Positions 37,287 through 50,591 are shown, numbered from the stretch's first letter. The stretch: DNA of 64,000 nucleotides from Leptonemataceae bacterium (GCA_965227295.1 OZ245742.1:864001-928000), one strand, 5' to 3'. Numbers and translations are program-made. Notes: generated from the letters alone by a model not told the origin.

Positions 37287-38255
37287 CTATTGCGAGTACG
37301 AGCGCAAGAACTCCAGCAACGTCGGATGCACGGCGTCGGCCCGTTCCCATTGCACAATGTGACCGGCGTCCGCCACGGATAGAAACGTTGATCGCGGCAG
37401 CGCCGCCCGTAGCTCCAGGCCCGTCTCATACGATATGATTTGATCCTCTTTCCCCCACACGATCAAGAGCGGGATGCCGGAAGCGCCCAGGCGTTCGTAC
37501 GCCGGTCGCATGCCGGCCAGGGGCATGTGTCGCAGCGAGGACAACAACGCCCCCTTCGTTCCATACACGTACATCTGCGGTTCAAAACGGCGGCGGTACT
37601 CTTCAAAAAGTTTCTGATTATGGAGATTCGTATGCAGTCGATTCAGGAAGATCGAATGACCGAAGACCTTCACAAAGTAATCGCCGATGATCGGAAGTTT
37701 CGCCACGTAGGCCGGCGCGGGCAAACTCACATCAAAACCGGCCGGGGCAATCAAGGTCAACGTACGCAGACGTTCCGGTGAACGATCAACGAAGTCCACG
37801 GCGATCACGCCGCCCATGGACAGAGCAACCACGTGGATGCGCCGGCCTTGGCGAAATTCGGGGCCGGCAAAAGCGAGCAGCTCCTGCAACTGACGACGAT
37901 AGAGTGCGGGCGTATGATCCGCATGCGGGCGATCCGAGTAGCCACGACCGTAGATGTCGTAACGCAGTACGCGATAACCCGCGGCGGTCAACGTACGAAA
38001 GGCATGCTCCCAGACGAACATGGGCGTGGCCATGCCGCTTACGAACACGACACCCTGGGCTCCCGGCGGTCCGGCAAGATCGTAATGCGTGACGCCGTCC
38101 GACAGACGCACAAGTTTCTGCACGGCCCCGGGCGGCGCTTCGTTCCGATGTTGGACCGCCGTGCGATGCTCCGGATCGCAGACGTGAAAGGGAATCAGCA
38201 CGGCGAGAATCAAAATCTCCAGCGTGAGAAGCTTTCGAAACAGGGCGTTACTCAT
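37287..38255 (-). CDS. Alpha/beta hydrolase
   Basis: RYDIYGRGYSD, LSMGG, WGKED and AGH motifs; N-terminal TM. Confidence 0.88.
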   Translation of the reverse strand: MSNALFRKLLTLEILILAVLIPFHVCDPEHRTAVQHRNEAPPGAVQKLVRLSDGVTHYDLAGPPGAQGVVFVSGMATPMFVWEHAFRTLTAAGYRVLRYDIYGRGYSDRPHADHTPALYRRQLQELLAFAGPEFRQGRRIHVVALSMGGVIAVDFVDRSPERLRTLTLIAPAGFDVSLPAPAYVAKLPIIGDYFVKVFGHSIFLNRLHTNLHNQKLFEEYRRRFEPQMYVYGTKGALLSSLRHMPLAGMRPAYERLGASGIPLLIVWGKEDQIISYETGLELRAALPRSTFLSVADAGHIVQWERADAVHPTLLEFLRSYSQ

Positions 38256-38275
38256 GGCAGGTGACTCGCGCAAAG

Positions 38276-38308
38276 AAAAAGCCCCGGGACGTTCATCGCC
38301 GGGGCTTT
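38276..38308 (-). terminator. Rho-independent terminator
   Basis: aaagccccgg/ccggggcttt stem followed by a T run on the minus strand, after the acyl-CoA ligase. Confidence 0.75.
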
Positions 38309-38332
38309 GCTGCGTTGTGCATGTTGCAAGGA

Positions 38333-40216
38333 TCAGTCGTACATCGACTCGATGAGATCGGTGTACTTGTCCGTAACAATGTGGCGCTTGATTTTGAAAA
38401 TGTTGGTGAGTTCATCACCAACCTCGAACGGCTTCGGCAACAGACGCACATCCGTAACACGCTCGAAGGACTTGAAGCCGTTGTTGCCGCTGATGAGGGT
38501 CTTCACCTCCTCGCGAATCATTTGCTCGGCTTCTTTGTTTTTCGCGATCTCTTCAAGAGTCTCGCCGTAGTCCTTCATCATGTCCGGGTTAACGACAATG
38601 AGCGCCGCGAGGGTTTTCTTGTCCTGGCCGACGACCATGCACTGATCCACGAGCGCGGACTGCACGATCTTGTTTTCGATTGGTACCGGCTCCACGTTCT
38701 CGCCGCCGAGCAGGACCACCGTCTCTTTCGAGCGACCGACGATCTTCAGCGTGTTGTTGTACGTGATGATGCCGAGGTCCCCGGTGTTCATCCAGCCGTC
38801 GTTGAGCACCTTCTCGGTGGCCTCGGGGTTCTTGTAATAACCCTTCATGACCTGCGGACCCTTCGCATGGATCTCGCCCTTCACGCCTTTTTTCGGCGGG
38901 TAGATGACGTTGCCCGAGGACGGGTCCACCAGGCGAATGTCGGTGTTCGGGAAGATGGGGCCCACGGAACCGATGACGAGTTTCGGGAACGTGCGCACCG
39001 CGAGGACCGGCGAGGTTTCGGTCATGCCGTAGCCTTCCAGAACCGGAATGCCGATGTTATTGAAGAACTCGTCCACGTGCAACGGCAGAGCGCCGCCGCC
39101 GGAAACGGAACCGCGCAGTTGACCGCCCGTGGCCGCCCGAATCTTCGAGAGCACAATGGCATTGAGCGCCGCGTACGGTAGAGCGAAGATGATGATCCGG
39201 AAGATGTGACCGATGGCCTTAACCAGCGAGACAATCGGATTGCGCCCCGTTAAGTCCAGTTGCTTAAAACTTAAGAAGCGAATGGACCCTTTCACCATGC
39301 GCGCGCAGAAGTAGGCGGCGTTGAACAGCTTCTGCCGGACGGCCGGAGCGCTGTCGATGTTCCGGCGAATTCCCAGGTATACGTTTTCCCAGAGACGCGG
39401 CGCCGAAGCCATGAACGTCGGCTTCACGGAGGCCATGTCCTCGCGGATGTTCCGGATGTTCGTGTAGTACGTCGGCGCGCCCTTGGAGATGGCGATCATT
39501 TCGAACACGAGTTCGAAGACGTGCCATACCGGAAGAATCGAAAGGATGCGGTCGTTCTGCTGCACCGGAACCGGGATGACCCGCACCTGCGAGATCATGT
39601 TCTTGTGCATGAGCTGCACGCCCTTCGGAGCACCGGTGGTGCCGGAGGTGTAGATGAGGGTAAAAAGATCGTCGGGCTGAATTTGCTCGATGCGTTTCTC
39701 GATCTCCTTGTTGCCGTCGGCCTGCATCTTCTTGCCTTTCTCAATGAGATCGTAGAGATGCAGCACGTCCCCGCCCGGCTTCGTGTCTTTGTCCATCATG
39801 ATGATGGTCTTCACGTTCGGAAGCTGACCGAGATTGTTCTGTACTTTCTTGAGGGTCGCGGCATCCTCGACGAACACGACCTTCGCGTCGGAGTGCGGGA
39901 TGATGTACTGGATGTCTTGATCGGTAACGTCCGTTCCCCGGGGGACGCTGGCAGCACCGGCCATGTGAATGCCGTAGGTGCAAACGATCCATTCCAGTCG
40001 GTTATCGGCCAAAAGGGAGACGTGATCCCGGGACTGAACTCCCAGGTCTGTGAGGGCCGTGGCCAGGGCGGCACCCATCTCATATATTTCTTTGTAGGTC
40101 GTCGGGTTAAAGTTCTTATTCGCGTCGCGTGTGAAAAACGCGGGCGAGTCGCCGTAAGTTTCGGCTGCCCGGCGATACATATCGGCCAGGTTCTCGGCTT
40201 GCAATACTGGATTCAC
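38333..40216 (-). CDS. Long-chain fatty acid-CoA ligase
   Basis: YTSGTTGAPKG, EGYGMTET and NTGD; GGAGG RBS before GTG at 40216. Confidence 0.92.
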   Translation of the reverse strand: MNPVLQAENLADMYRRAAETYGDSPAFFTRDANKNFNPTTYKEIYEMGAALATALTDLGVQSRDHVSLLADNRLEWIVCTYGIHMAGAASVPRGTDVTDQDIQYIIPHSDAKVVFVEDAATLKKVQNNLGQLPNVKTIIMMDKDTKPGGDVLHLYDLIEKGKKMQADGNKEIEKRIEQIQPDDLFTLIYTSGTTGAPKGVQLMHKNMISQVRVIPVPVQQNDRILSILPVWHVFELVFEMIAISKGAPTYYTNIRNIREDMASVKPTFMASAPRLWENVYLGIRRNIDSAPAVRQKLFNAAYFCARMVKGSIRFLSFKQLDLTGRNPIVSLVKAIGHIFRIIIFALPYAALNAIVLSKIRAATGGQLRGSVSGGGALPLHVDEFFNNIGIPVLEGYGMTETSPVLAVRTFPKLVIGSVGPIFPNTDIRLVDPSSGNVIYPPKKGVKGEIHAKGPQVMKGYYKNPEATEKVLNDGWMNTGDLGIITYNNTLKIVGRSKETVVLLGGENVEPVPIENKIVQSALVDQCMVVGQDKKTLAALIVVNPDMMKDYGETLEEIAKNKEAEQMIREEVKTLISGNNGFKSFERVTDVRLLPKPFEVGDELTNIFKIKRHIVTDKYTDLIESMYD

Positions 40217-40313
40217 TACTACCTCCGCATGTCCGGATCGTTTGTTTTGATGTTGTTTAAACGGAAAAAAGATTTGATCAAGAGAGGGGCAAGTCGAACA
40301 AACAAGCACGCGA

Positions 40314-41150
40314 ATGTCAAGTTTTTATGAGAGATACGATGCCGTGCGCCGGGACCGCGAATCGCTGTTGTGCGTCGGCCTTGACCCGGACCCCGACAAA
40401 CTTCCCCCCGGCTATGATTCAGGCGACATAATCGAAAATCTAAGGGCCTTTCTCGGAGACATCATCAGCTCCACTGCGCCCTACGCCGTAGCCTACAAAC
40501 CCAACCTCGCCTTCTACGAAGTTCTCGGCTCCCGGGGCATGGCCCTCTTCGAAGACGTCATCACCATGATCCGCGAGGCCGCATCCCATGCGTTAATCAT
40601 CGCCGATGCCAAGCGCGGTGACATCGGCAACACCGCATCCTTTTACGCAAAAGCCTTCTTCGAAACCTACAACTGCGACGCGATCACCCTGAGCCCCTAC
40701 ATGGGTCTCGACAGCCTGGCCCCCTTTCTTGCGGACGCGTATGCCGATCGGGCGGTCGTGGTGCTCTGCCACACGTCGAATCCCGGCGCGCCGGAACTCC
40801 AGGACGCCGGTGAACCGCCGTTGTATCTACGCATTGCCACGAAGGCACAAGAACGCTTCCGGACGACCGGCCGCCGCGATTTCTGGCTGGTTGTGGGCGC
40901 CACCCGCGATGCCGGCTCCATCGCGACCATCCGCAAGACGGCCCCGAACGTGCCCTTTCTCGTTCCGGGTGTCGGAGCCCAGGGCGGCAATCCCCACGCC
41001 GTCCTCCGTGCCGCCGGCCGCGACGTGCTGATCAATGCCGGACGGGCCCTGTTGTACGCCGCTCCGCACCGCCAGGACGTGCCGGCTTCCGCCGAACGGG
41101 AAGCCCGTAGTATGTTAGAGTATATGCGTGAATACGCGCACGGTTCCTGA
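40314..41150 (+). CDS. pyrF: Orotidine-5'-phosphate decarboxylase
   Basis: LCVGLDP, YKPNLAFY, DAKRGDIGNT and PGVGAQGG motifs. Confidence 0.95.
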   Translation: MSSFYERYDAVRRDRESLLCVGLDPDPDKLPPGYDSGDIIENLRAFLGDIISSTAPYAVAYKPNLAFYEVLGSRGMALFEDVITMIREAASHALIIADAKRGDIGNTASFYAKAFFETYNCDAITLSPYMGLDSLAPFLADAYADRAVVVLCHTSNPGAPELQDAGEPPLYLRIATKAQERFRTTGRRDFWLVVGATRDAGSIATIRKTAPNVPFLVPGVGAQGGNPHAVLRAAGRDVLINAGRALLYAAPHRQDVPASAEREARSMLEYMREYAHGS

Positions 41151-41243
41151 ACGAGCACTGTGTAAAGAAACGGATTTTTCCTTTACTAAAGAGGAGCCGG
41201 GAAATCTGAATAAACTCGCACATCGTAAGGAGCATTCTCACGT

Positions 41244-41927
41244 ATGATTCTTCCCAAGAAGATCTTCGGATCGTCCATCGGCCGTAAGGCTGCCATGGCC
41301 GTTACCGGAGCCGGACTCATCGTCTTTCTCATTGGTCACCTTGCCGGCAACCTGTTGATGTTCGCCGGCCAGGACGCCATGAACAGCTACGCCTACGCAC
41401 TCAAGTCCAACCCCGGACTCCTCTGGGGTGCCCGCAGCGGATTGATCGTCATTTTTCTGTTGCACCTCTATCTGGGCATCACGCTGAAAATGGAAAACAG
41501 CCGCGCGCGTCCCACGCGCTACGCTTACAACAATACCATCCAGGCAAGCCTCGCATCGCGCACCATGATCTGGTCGGGTCTTTTGATCCTCGCCTTTCTC
41601 CTCATGCACCTGGGCCACTTTACGCTCGGTTACATCTACCCGGACTACTTTCACATGAAGGACGCCCAGGGCCGCCACGATGCCTACAACATGGTCGTCC
41701 TGGGTTTCCAGGTATGGCCGCTGTCGCTGACTTACATCATCGCCATGTTCATTCTGGCCGCACACTTGAGCCACGGCCTGCCGTCCATGTTTCAGTCCGT
41801 CGGCTGGAACGGCCCGCGCTTTGACGCCATGTTCAAGACCATCGGTCGCGTGCTGGCTCTGCTGCTGCTCGTCGGCTTCAGTTCCATTCCACTCGCGGTG
41901 CTCGCGGGTATCATCAAGCTGCAATAA
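41244..41927 (+). CDS. sdhC: Succinate dehydrogenase cytochrome b subunit
   Basis: SSIGRK.AMAVTG and HLAGNL; five TM helices with His ligands; precedes sdhAB. Confidence 0.92.
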   Translation: MILPKKIFGSSIGRKAAMAVTGAGLIVFLIGHLAGNLLMFAGQDAMNSYAYALKSNPGLLWGARSGLIVIFLLHLYLGITLKMENSRARPTRYAYNNTIQASLASRTMIWSGLLILAFLLMHLGHFTLGYIYPDYFHMKDAQGRHDAYNMVVLGFQVWPLSLTYIIAMFILAAHLSHGLPSMFQSVGWNGPRFDAMFKTIGRVLALLLLVGFSSIPLAVLAGIIKLQ

Positions 41928-41943
41928 TAACAGGGAGTAAGCA

Positions 41944-43859
<1,916 letters not shown>

Positions 43860-43860
<1 letters not shown>

Positions 43861-44636
43861 TGGCGGGATCCAACGGCAAAAGCATGCGCCTGAAACTGAA
43901 GATCTGGCGGCAAAACGGACCAACCGACGCCGGTCGCATGGCGGACTACGATGTCGAGGCCTCGCCGGACATGTCGTTCCTGGAGATGATCGACGTACTC
44001 AACGAGTCGCTGATCGAAAAAGGCGAAGCGCCTATCGCTTTCGAACACGATTGCCGCGAGGGCATCTGCGGCAGCTGTAACATGGTCATCAACGGAACGC
44101 CCCACGGACCGGAGCGGGCCACGACGACGTGCCAGTTGCATATGCGTAAGTTTTCGGACGGCGACACCATCTTCGTAGAGCCCTGGCGCGCGAAGGCGTT
44201 CCCGGTCATCAAAGACCTGGTCGTCGACCGTAGCGCGTTTGATCGCATTATCCAGAAGGCCGGCTTCGTTACGGTGAACACGGGTAACGCTCCGGACGCG
44301 AACGAGATCCCGATTCCGAAAGACGTCGCCGACGACGCCTTCGACGCGGCGGCCTGCATCGGCTGCGGCGCATGCGTTGCGGCATGCAAGAACGCCTCGG
44401 CCATGCTCTTCGTAGCGGCCAAGGTTTCGCATCTGGGCCTGCTGCCCCAGGGCAAGGCCGAGTCGCATCGTCGCGCCCAGGCCATGGTCGCCCAGATGGA
44501 CGAGGAGGGCTTCGGCAACTGCACGAACTACTACGAGTGCGAGGCGGCGTGCCCGAAGGAAATCTCCGTGAAGTACATCGCGAAGATGAACCGCGACTAT
44601 CTTTCCCACTCCATCACGGAGCCCGTGGAAGTTTGA
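43860..44636 (+). CDS. sdhB: Succinate dehydrogenase Fe-S subunit
   Basis: [16 protein letters not shown]...C and C....EC...CP; ATG overlaps the sdhA stop. Confidence 0.95.
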
Positions 44637-44681
44637 TCGACAGCGAATCATAAAGAACCGTAAGTATCGCGAAGAACTCGC

Positions 44682-44719
44682 AAAAAAGGTCGGGCCTTTT
44701 CAGGGCCCGGCCTTTTTTT
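44682..44719 (+). terminator. Rho-independent terminator (possibly bidirectional)
   Basis: A6-ggtcgggcc...ggcccggcc-T7. Confidence 0.85.
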
Positions 44720-44732
44720 GTCTCTATTCCTC

Positions 44733-45716
44733 ATGAGAACTCTTCCCGAATACCGCGTGGATCTTTCCAGGGATCCCGAGGATCGCTGGGCCTTTCTGCA
44801 CGATTGCGTCCCGGACATCCAGGCGCTGTTCGACGCCCATCGGCTGGATGTCTCCGGCCTGGATCAGGATCTCGCCGCGGCACTGCCGCAAACGGCGGCC
44901 ACCGTCCTTCCGGAAGATACGATCGCCGAGATCGAAGCCGTTGTCCGCATCTCGGATCGACCACGGGATACGGTCTACCTCCTGAATTTCTACTACGATG
45001 TCTTTAAGATGATCATGGGTTGCTCGGCATTCGGTGCCGCGCGGCCGGGCGGTCCGGTACACGGTCGCAACCTGGACTGGTTCAGCATGGGCAACGTGAT
45101 GCGCAGATTCAGTGCCGTGTTTCATTTTCACACGGACGCATCTTCGGCTCCACCGCTCTACAGCACCGTGGGCTGGCCGGGCTTCACGGGCGCCCTCTCC
45201 GGTGTCGCGCCCGGACGCTTCGCCGTAACTCTGAATGCCGTCTTGAGCGAAGAGCCGGCCCGAATCGCCCGACCGATCAGCTTTTTGATTCGCGAAGCCC
45301 TGGCCCAGGCACCGGACTTCGCCACGGCCGTCGATCTACTTTCGCAAACGGAAATCGTCGCGGATTGTTTGTTGCTGGTGACCGGGGTGAAGGACGATGA
45401 GATTGTCGTGATCGAGCGGACGCCGGGTCGACATGCCCTCCGCTATGTGGAGCCGGGCAGCCGGCACATCGTTGTAACGAATGATTACAAGAAGTTAGGA
45501 AAATTAAATGAACCCGAAGGACTCGACGATCAGCTTGCGCAGACGTCCTGTGATCGCTACGATCGTCTGTATGCACTGCTTGCAGAACGGACAGCGCCCC
45601 TGGATGCCGGCACGGCTCTGCGGCTGCTCTCCGATCCCGGCGTACGCATGGACTCCACCATGCAGCAAATGTACTTCCAGGCGTCCACCGGCCTGCTCTT
45701 CGCGCCGCAGCTCTGA
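44733..45716 (+). CDS. Acid ceramidase/NAAA-like Ntn cysteine hydrolase
   Basis: N-terminal PEYRVDL...PEDRW; autoproteolysis site G|CSAF; HGRNLDW; TN motif. Confidence 0.8.
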   Translation: MRTLPEYRVDLSRDPEDRWAFLHDCVPDIQALFDAHRLDVSGLDQDLAAALPQTAATVLPEDTIAEIEAVVRISDRPRDTVYLLNFYYDVFKMIMGCSAFGAARPGGPVHGRNLDWFSMGNVMRRFSAVFHFHTDASSAPPLYSTVGWPGFTGALSGVAPGRFAVTLNAVLSEEPARIARPISFLIREALAQAPDFATAVDLLSQTEIVADCLLLVTGVKDDEIVVIERTPGRHALRYVEPGSRHIVVTNDYKKLGKLNEPEGLDDQLAQTSCDRYDRLYALLAERTAPLDAGTALRLLSDPGVRMDSTMQQMYFQASTGLLFAPQL

Positions 45717-45725
45717 ACGCACAAC

Positions 45726-47309
45726 TCAAACAGCAATGGGCTCTCGACTGCCCTGCGTCGACGCCCGCGCCAGATCCGTAGCCTGTTCCTCAATCGTTTC
45801 AATGTCGCTCTGAAGCTTGCGGGACATATCGACGAGCTGCATAACCCCGCGATCCAACTCGCCCAGCGAATGAATCACCGCCCGGCCGCCGGAGCGTTGT
45901 TCGCCGGCAATCTGGTTCAGATCCCGGGACAATCGGCCGAGTTCCTCGAGAGCCGCCTGCACCTTTTCCATAGCCGACCGCTGGTGCTCCACCTCTCCGC
46001 GCAGTTGATCGAAGCCGTCGCGGATCTGAATCAAATCATCCTGCTGACGATCGGCCATTTCCGTAGAACGGCGCGCCGCTTCGAAACCGCGGTCCACCTG
46101 CGTATTACTCCGCAAGATGAGGTCGTTCACCATCCCGGCGTTTTCCGTGCTGTTCTCGGCCAGCTTGCCGACTTCCTGGGCCACCACCGCGAATCCCCGG
46201 CCGGACTCCCCGGCCCTGGCCGCCTCAATCGCGGCGTTCAGTGCCAGGAGGTTCGTACGATCGGCAATGTCCGCCATGATGGAGTTCACGTTCCGTACCT
46301 CACGAAAAGAACTGCTGATCTCATCGATGCACTCGTGAACATCGGCGGCGGCGGTGGAGACTCGCCGCCCGGATTCCCCGGCCTCGTGCAGGCGATGGTT
46401 CAATCCCGCGGTAGTCTCACTGATCCTCTGCAAGAGCTCCCCGAGGCGCGCGTTCTCGCCGGCGATCTCATCGAAGCGGTTGTTTTGAATCTGCACGGAA
46501 TCCGCGGATCGTTCGGTGCCCGTCGAAAATTCCTCCAGCGCCGCGGACATCTCCTCGAAGGTGCTCGCCTGGGTGTGCAACTCCGAGTTGAAGCGATCCA
46601 TGAACTGGCGCACGGCGGACACGGAATTCCGCAACGCCTCGGAGGAACGCTGCATGATTCCGCGATTGGCCTGGATTTCTTCATAGGAGCGTTGGACCTG
46701 GCGGTGTTGATCCGCAGCCTCATCCCGCAGCCGGGTCAGCACGCCGATCACCGCACGCACGATGAATGCCGCTCCCATCAAGAAGGCGATCTTCAACACC
46801 TGATCCGTAATCGAGGCAAACCCCAGGGCCCGGCGCTCCGGAGATTCCGTCAGGACGACGCCGTTCTCCACGGCCACGAAGATCATCACCAACTGGCCGA
46901 GCACGCCGAGCAGCCCGATCACCAGTACGAAGTTGCGAGAGAACAAGAAGGCCGAGTAAAGGACAAAGAAGAAGTACAGGGCGTAGAGCGGCTGCGAACG
47001 CAGATTGCCCGAGGCCACCTCGACCCCGCCGGCGGTGCCTGCGGCCAGCACCACGGTGGCGAGGACCACGTCCATCATCGCCATACCAAAGACCAGCCTG
47101 CGTCCCAGACTGCCCGCGGCGGCCCACCGCACATGCAGCAGGGCATACGCGAACATGATCGTCGTGCCTGCCAGATAGAGAAAGTTTTGAAACGGCGTGT
47201 TGATTCCGAAACTGAGAAACGCGCTCAAATAGAACAGAGCAACCAGACCGAGGCGCACACGATTCGCCAGGATCGGCCCGGCCAGGTCGGAAGCGGCCGA
47301 TTGGGACAT
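45726..47309 (-). CDS. Methyl-accepting chemotaxis protein with multi-TM sensor
   Basis: [33 protein letters not shown] hairpin; about six TM helices. Confidence 0.93.
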   Translation of the reverse strand: MSQSAASDLAGPILANRVRLGLVALFYLSAFLSFGINTPFQNFLYLAGTTIMFAYALLHVRWAAAGSLGRRLVFGMAMMDVVLATVVLAAGTAGGVEVASGNLRSQPLYALYFFFVLYSAFLFSRNFVLVIGLLGVLGQLVMIFVAVENGVVLTESPERRALGFASITDQVLKIAFLMGAAFIVRAVIGVLTRLRDEAADQHRQVQRSYEEIQANRGIMQRSSEALRNSVSAVRQFMDRFNSELHTQASTFEEMSAALEEFSTGTERSADSVQIQNNRFDEIAGENARLGELLQRISETTAGLNHRLHEAGESGRRVSTAAADVHECIDEISSSFREVRNVNSIMADIADRTNLLALNAAIEAARAGESGRGFAVVAQEVGKLAENSTENAGMVNDLILRSNTQVDRGFEAARRSTEMADRQQDDLIQIRDGFDQLRGEVEHQRSAMEKVQAALEELGRLSRDLNQIAGEQRSGGRAVIHSLGELDRGVMQLVDMSRKLQSDIETIEEQATDLARASTQGSREPIAV

Positions 47310-47390
47310 GGTCTCAATGCCGCGAACCTGCGCCGGGAATCAAGGAATAATCATTCCGTTTGTTAAAAAAATGTTAGCATTTCGCCGGTC

Positions 47391-48371
47391 TCAGTTCGTA
47401 ACCGGCACCCATTCTTTTCCGAACAACCGTTTCTGCACCGTCTCGTTCTCGTAAATCTCGTGGTCGGTCTTGCCGATTTTGCGGAAGAACATCGTCGCGA
47501 AGCTGGACGTGATCACGATGAAGAACGAGTAGAGGATCGGCAGCCACAGCACTTCGTTGATGATCGACGGGTAGTTCGCGAAGGCCAGGAGCACGATGGC
47601 GAAGGCCAGCGGGCCGTTCTGAATGCCGGTCTCCAATGCCACCGTGCGGCAGTAGCGCGGCGGTAGCATGGCAAGGCGCGAGACGAGATATCCGAAGCAG
47701 AAGCCGGCGATGCCTACCAGGATGGCTCCGAGATAGACATTGGCGCCGGTATCCCACATGAGCTGCCGACGCAGCGGCGACGAGAGAAAGCTCACCGCCA
47801 GGAAAATGATGACGATGATGCCGAAGAAACCCGCCGTATCCTCGGCGGCCTTAGCCCAGCCCTCGTTGAATTTGCGCAAAAGCATGCCGCAGGCAACTGG
47901 GAACAGAACGAGAAACAGCGAGACGACGATGTCCTTGATCGGAATGGCGAATTCCGTGCCGTCGGCGATATCGATCTGCGCGGCGAAACCGGCGCCGTAG
48001 AAGCTGAGTAAGACCGGCAGCATGAACAACGCCGCGATCGTCGAACACGTCGTCATGGAAATACTGAGCGCCACGTCACCGCGCGAGAAGTAGGCGAAGA
48101 GGTTCGAGGTCGTGCCGGCCGGCAGACAACCCACCAGAACCAGGGACAGAGCCACGGGCGCCGGAAATTCCAGATATGTGGCGAGAAACCAGGCCAGGGC
48201 CGGCATTACGCCGAACTGCGAGGCGAAACCGATGAGCACGCCCAGGGGATTGCGGGCCACGTACTTAAAGTTTTCGCCGGTCAGCGAGGCACCCATGCCG
48301 AACATGATGATCAAGATCATCAGGGCCAGGAGGCCTTTCTCGGCGGTGGTCATCAGTTCTACTTCGGGCAT
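47391..48371 (-). CDS. Bile acid:sodium symporter (BASS) family transporter
   Basis: MFGMG, QFGVMP, PAGTTSN, GDVALS and ETGIQN motifs. Confidence 0.92.
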   Translation of the reverse strand: MPEVELMTTAEKGLLALMILIIMFGMGASLTGENFKYVARNPLGVLIGFASQFGVMPALAWFLATYLEFPAPVALSLVLVGCLPAGTTSNLFAYFSRGDVALSISMTTCSTIAALFMLPVLLSFYGAGFAAQIDIADGTEFAIPIKDIVVSLFLVLFPVACGMLLRKFNEGWAKAAEDTAGFFGIIVIIFLAVSFLSSPLRRQLMWDTGANVYLGAILVGIAGFCFGYLVSRLAMLPPRYCRTVALETGIQNGPLAFAIVLLAFANYPSIINEVLWLPILYSFFIVITSSFATMFFRKIGKTDHEIYENETVQKRLFGKEWVPVTN

Positions 48372-48440
48372 GTCTTCTCTCCGAACGGCGGCACGAGACC
48401 GCGTTAAGGTATTCCTGTATTGTGTTAGCGGCCGGGGCCG

Positions 48441-50456
48441 TTACTTGTCTTTGTAGATCTCGTCGATGAGATTTTGGTACTTTTCCGTAATTATGTTGCG
48501 TTTGAGTTTGAACAGGTTCGTGAGTTCCTCGCCCACCTCGAAGGCTTTGCCGAGAATTCGAAAATCCTGGACGCGCTCGAAGCTCTTGAAGCCGAACTCC
48601 GCCGAAATCTCGCGGCGAATCTCCTCGCCGATCAAACGGCGCGCGTTCTCGTTGCCTACGGCTTCTTCGATGCTGTCGATCTTCACGCCGTGCTCTTGCA
48701 GACCTTCCAGGTCCGGCACAATCAGGGCCGCCAGGAAGCGCTGGTCCTGGCCCACGAGCATAACGTTGTCGACCAGCTTCGATTGCAGCAGGCGGTTTTC
48801 GATCGGTACCGGTTCCACGTTCTCGCCGTTCGCCAGGACGATGGTATCCTTCGAACGTCCCATGATCTTTACGCTGCCGGTGAAAGTCACCATGCCGACG
48901 TCGCCGGTGTTCAGGAAGCGGGCGTCGTCGAAGACCTTCGCGGTGGCCTCGGGATTGTTGTAGTATCCCATCATAATCTGCGAGCCGCGGACATGGATCT
49001 CGCCCTTGAGGCCCATGCCGTTGTACGGCTTTTGCGGATTCGGATACAGGATCTCACCGCTGTTTAGATCAATGATGCGCAGTTCCGTGCCTTCCGCCGG
49101 GGGACCGACGGTGCCGAGCACCAGATCGTCCGGTCGCCGCGCGCACAGCACGGCGGCCGTCTCCGTCATGCCGTAGCCTTCCAGAACCGGGATGCCGATG
49201 TTGTTAAAGAACTCGTCCACGTGCTTCGGCAACGCCCCGCCGCCTGAGACAGTACCCTTGAGCGAAGCACCCAGGCCCTGACGCAAACGTTCGAGCACGG
49301 CCACGTTAAAGAAGCCGTAAAACGGCACCACGAGCAGCCAGCGTACGAAATGCAGGATCCAGCCGACGAAGTATACGAAGGGATTCATTTTCGTGAGCTG
49401 GAGTTTGTGACCGAGCATCCAGTTCAAAGAACCACGGTACAGCGAAGACAGAAAGTAGGCCGTGTGAAACAGGAAACGCCGCATGGGATGCGCTTTGGCA
49501 ATGCCGTCCCGAATGCGAATGTAGAGGCTCTCCCACAGACGCGGCGCCGATCCCATGAACGTCGGCTGGACGATGCGAAAGTCCTCGGCCAGATGGCGGA
49601 CGCTGGAGTAGTAAGTGCAGATGCCGCGACTGATGGACACATTCTCGAACACACGCTCAAAGATGTGCCAGATCGGCAGCAGGGAGAGAATGCGATCGTT
49701 CGGCGTCAGCTCCACCGGTACACGATCGATGGCGTAGAGTAAGTTCTTGTGGCTGAGCATTACTCCCTTGGGTTGACCGGTGGTACCGGAGGTATAGATG
49801 AGCGTCGCCAGGTCCTCCGGCTGCACTGCGTCGGTGCGTTCCTCGGCGCGGCGATCCCCGGCTTCGCGCAACGAATGACCCTTTGCAATGAGATCGTTCA
49901 TGTGCAGGACGCCGTCCGGGGCTTTGCCTTTGGGATCCATGAGAATCCAGTGACGCACGCCGGTTAACTTCGACTTCAGCGGCTGGATGAGATCCCAGAG
50001 TTTCACCGTTTCGATGAAGCAGGCCGTGGCGCCGGAGTGCGGCAGAATGTGCAGGACGTCGTTCTCGGTAACGTCCGCTCCCCGCGGGACGTCCGGACAG
50101 CCGGTCAGCTGGATGCCGAAATTCGCGATCATCCATTCGATGCGGTTGTCCGCGAAAAGGCCGATGCGATCTCCACCCTGAACGCCGAGGTCAATGAGCG
50201 CGGTGGCGAGGGCGGCCCCGTCTTTGTAAAGTTGTTCGTAGGTCGTCGGTTCCCAGAGCGGGTCCTTGTTCTCGGTGACCTTGCCTTTTACGCGATGCGC
50301 GAAGGCCGGGCGACGCCCCCAGACTGCGGCCGCCTCGCGGTACATATGCGGGACCGTGGCCGCTCGCACGCCGTCGTTGATGTGCTCTCTGGATACGGAC
50401 TTCTTTTCCGGCGCAACTCCGGCAGTGCTTCGTTCAATAGTTTCGGTCGCAGACAT
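48441..50456 (-). CDS. Long-chain fatty acid-CoA ligase
   Basis: YTSGTTGQPKG, EGYGMTET and NTGD; GGGGAG RBS before ATG at 50456. Confidence 0.92.
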   Translation of the reverse strand: MSATETIERSTAGVAPEKKSVSREHINDGVRAATVPHMYREAAAVWGRRPAFAHRVKGKVTENKDPLWEPTTYEQLYKDGAALATALIDLGVQGGDRIGLFADNRIEWMIANFGIQLTGCPDVPRGADVTENDVLHILPHSGATACFIETVKLWDLIQPLKSKLTGVRHWILMDPKGKAPDGVLHMNDLIAKGHSLREAGDRRAEERTDAVQPEDLATLIYTSGTTGQPKGVMLSHKNLLYAIDRVPVELTPNDRILSLLPIWHIFERVFENVSISRGICTYYSSVRHLAEDFRIVQPTFMGSAPRLWESLYIRIRDGIAKAHPMRRFLFHTAYFLSSLYRGSLNWMLGHKLQLTKMNPFVYFVGWILHFVRWLLVVPFYGFFNVAVLERLRQGLGASLKGTVSGGGALPKHVDEFFNNIGIPVLEGYGMTETAAVLCARRPDDLVLGTVGPPAEGTELRIIDLNSGEILYPNPQKPYNGMGLKGEIHVRGSQIMMGYYNNPEATAKVFDDARFLNTGDVGMVTFTGSVKIMGRSKDTIVLANGENVEPVPIENRLLQSKLVDNVMLVGQDQRFLAALIVPDLEGLQEHGVKIDSIEEAVGNENARRLIGEEIRREISAEFGFKSFERVQDFRILGKAFEVGEELTNLFKLKRNIITEKYQNLIDEIYKDK

Positions 50457-50591
50457 GACTCCCCCTGGGCTCCGCACGAAGAAACAGTTCTTGTGCGGCG
50501 TTCGTCAACTGAGTACGATAAAAATTTTAACAGAAATACAGAAAAGTCGCGATGCAGCGCACAAGTACGCGAAATCTTCTATAATTAACCG

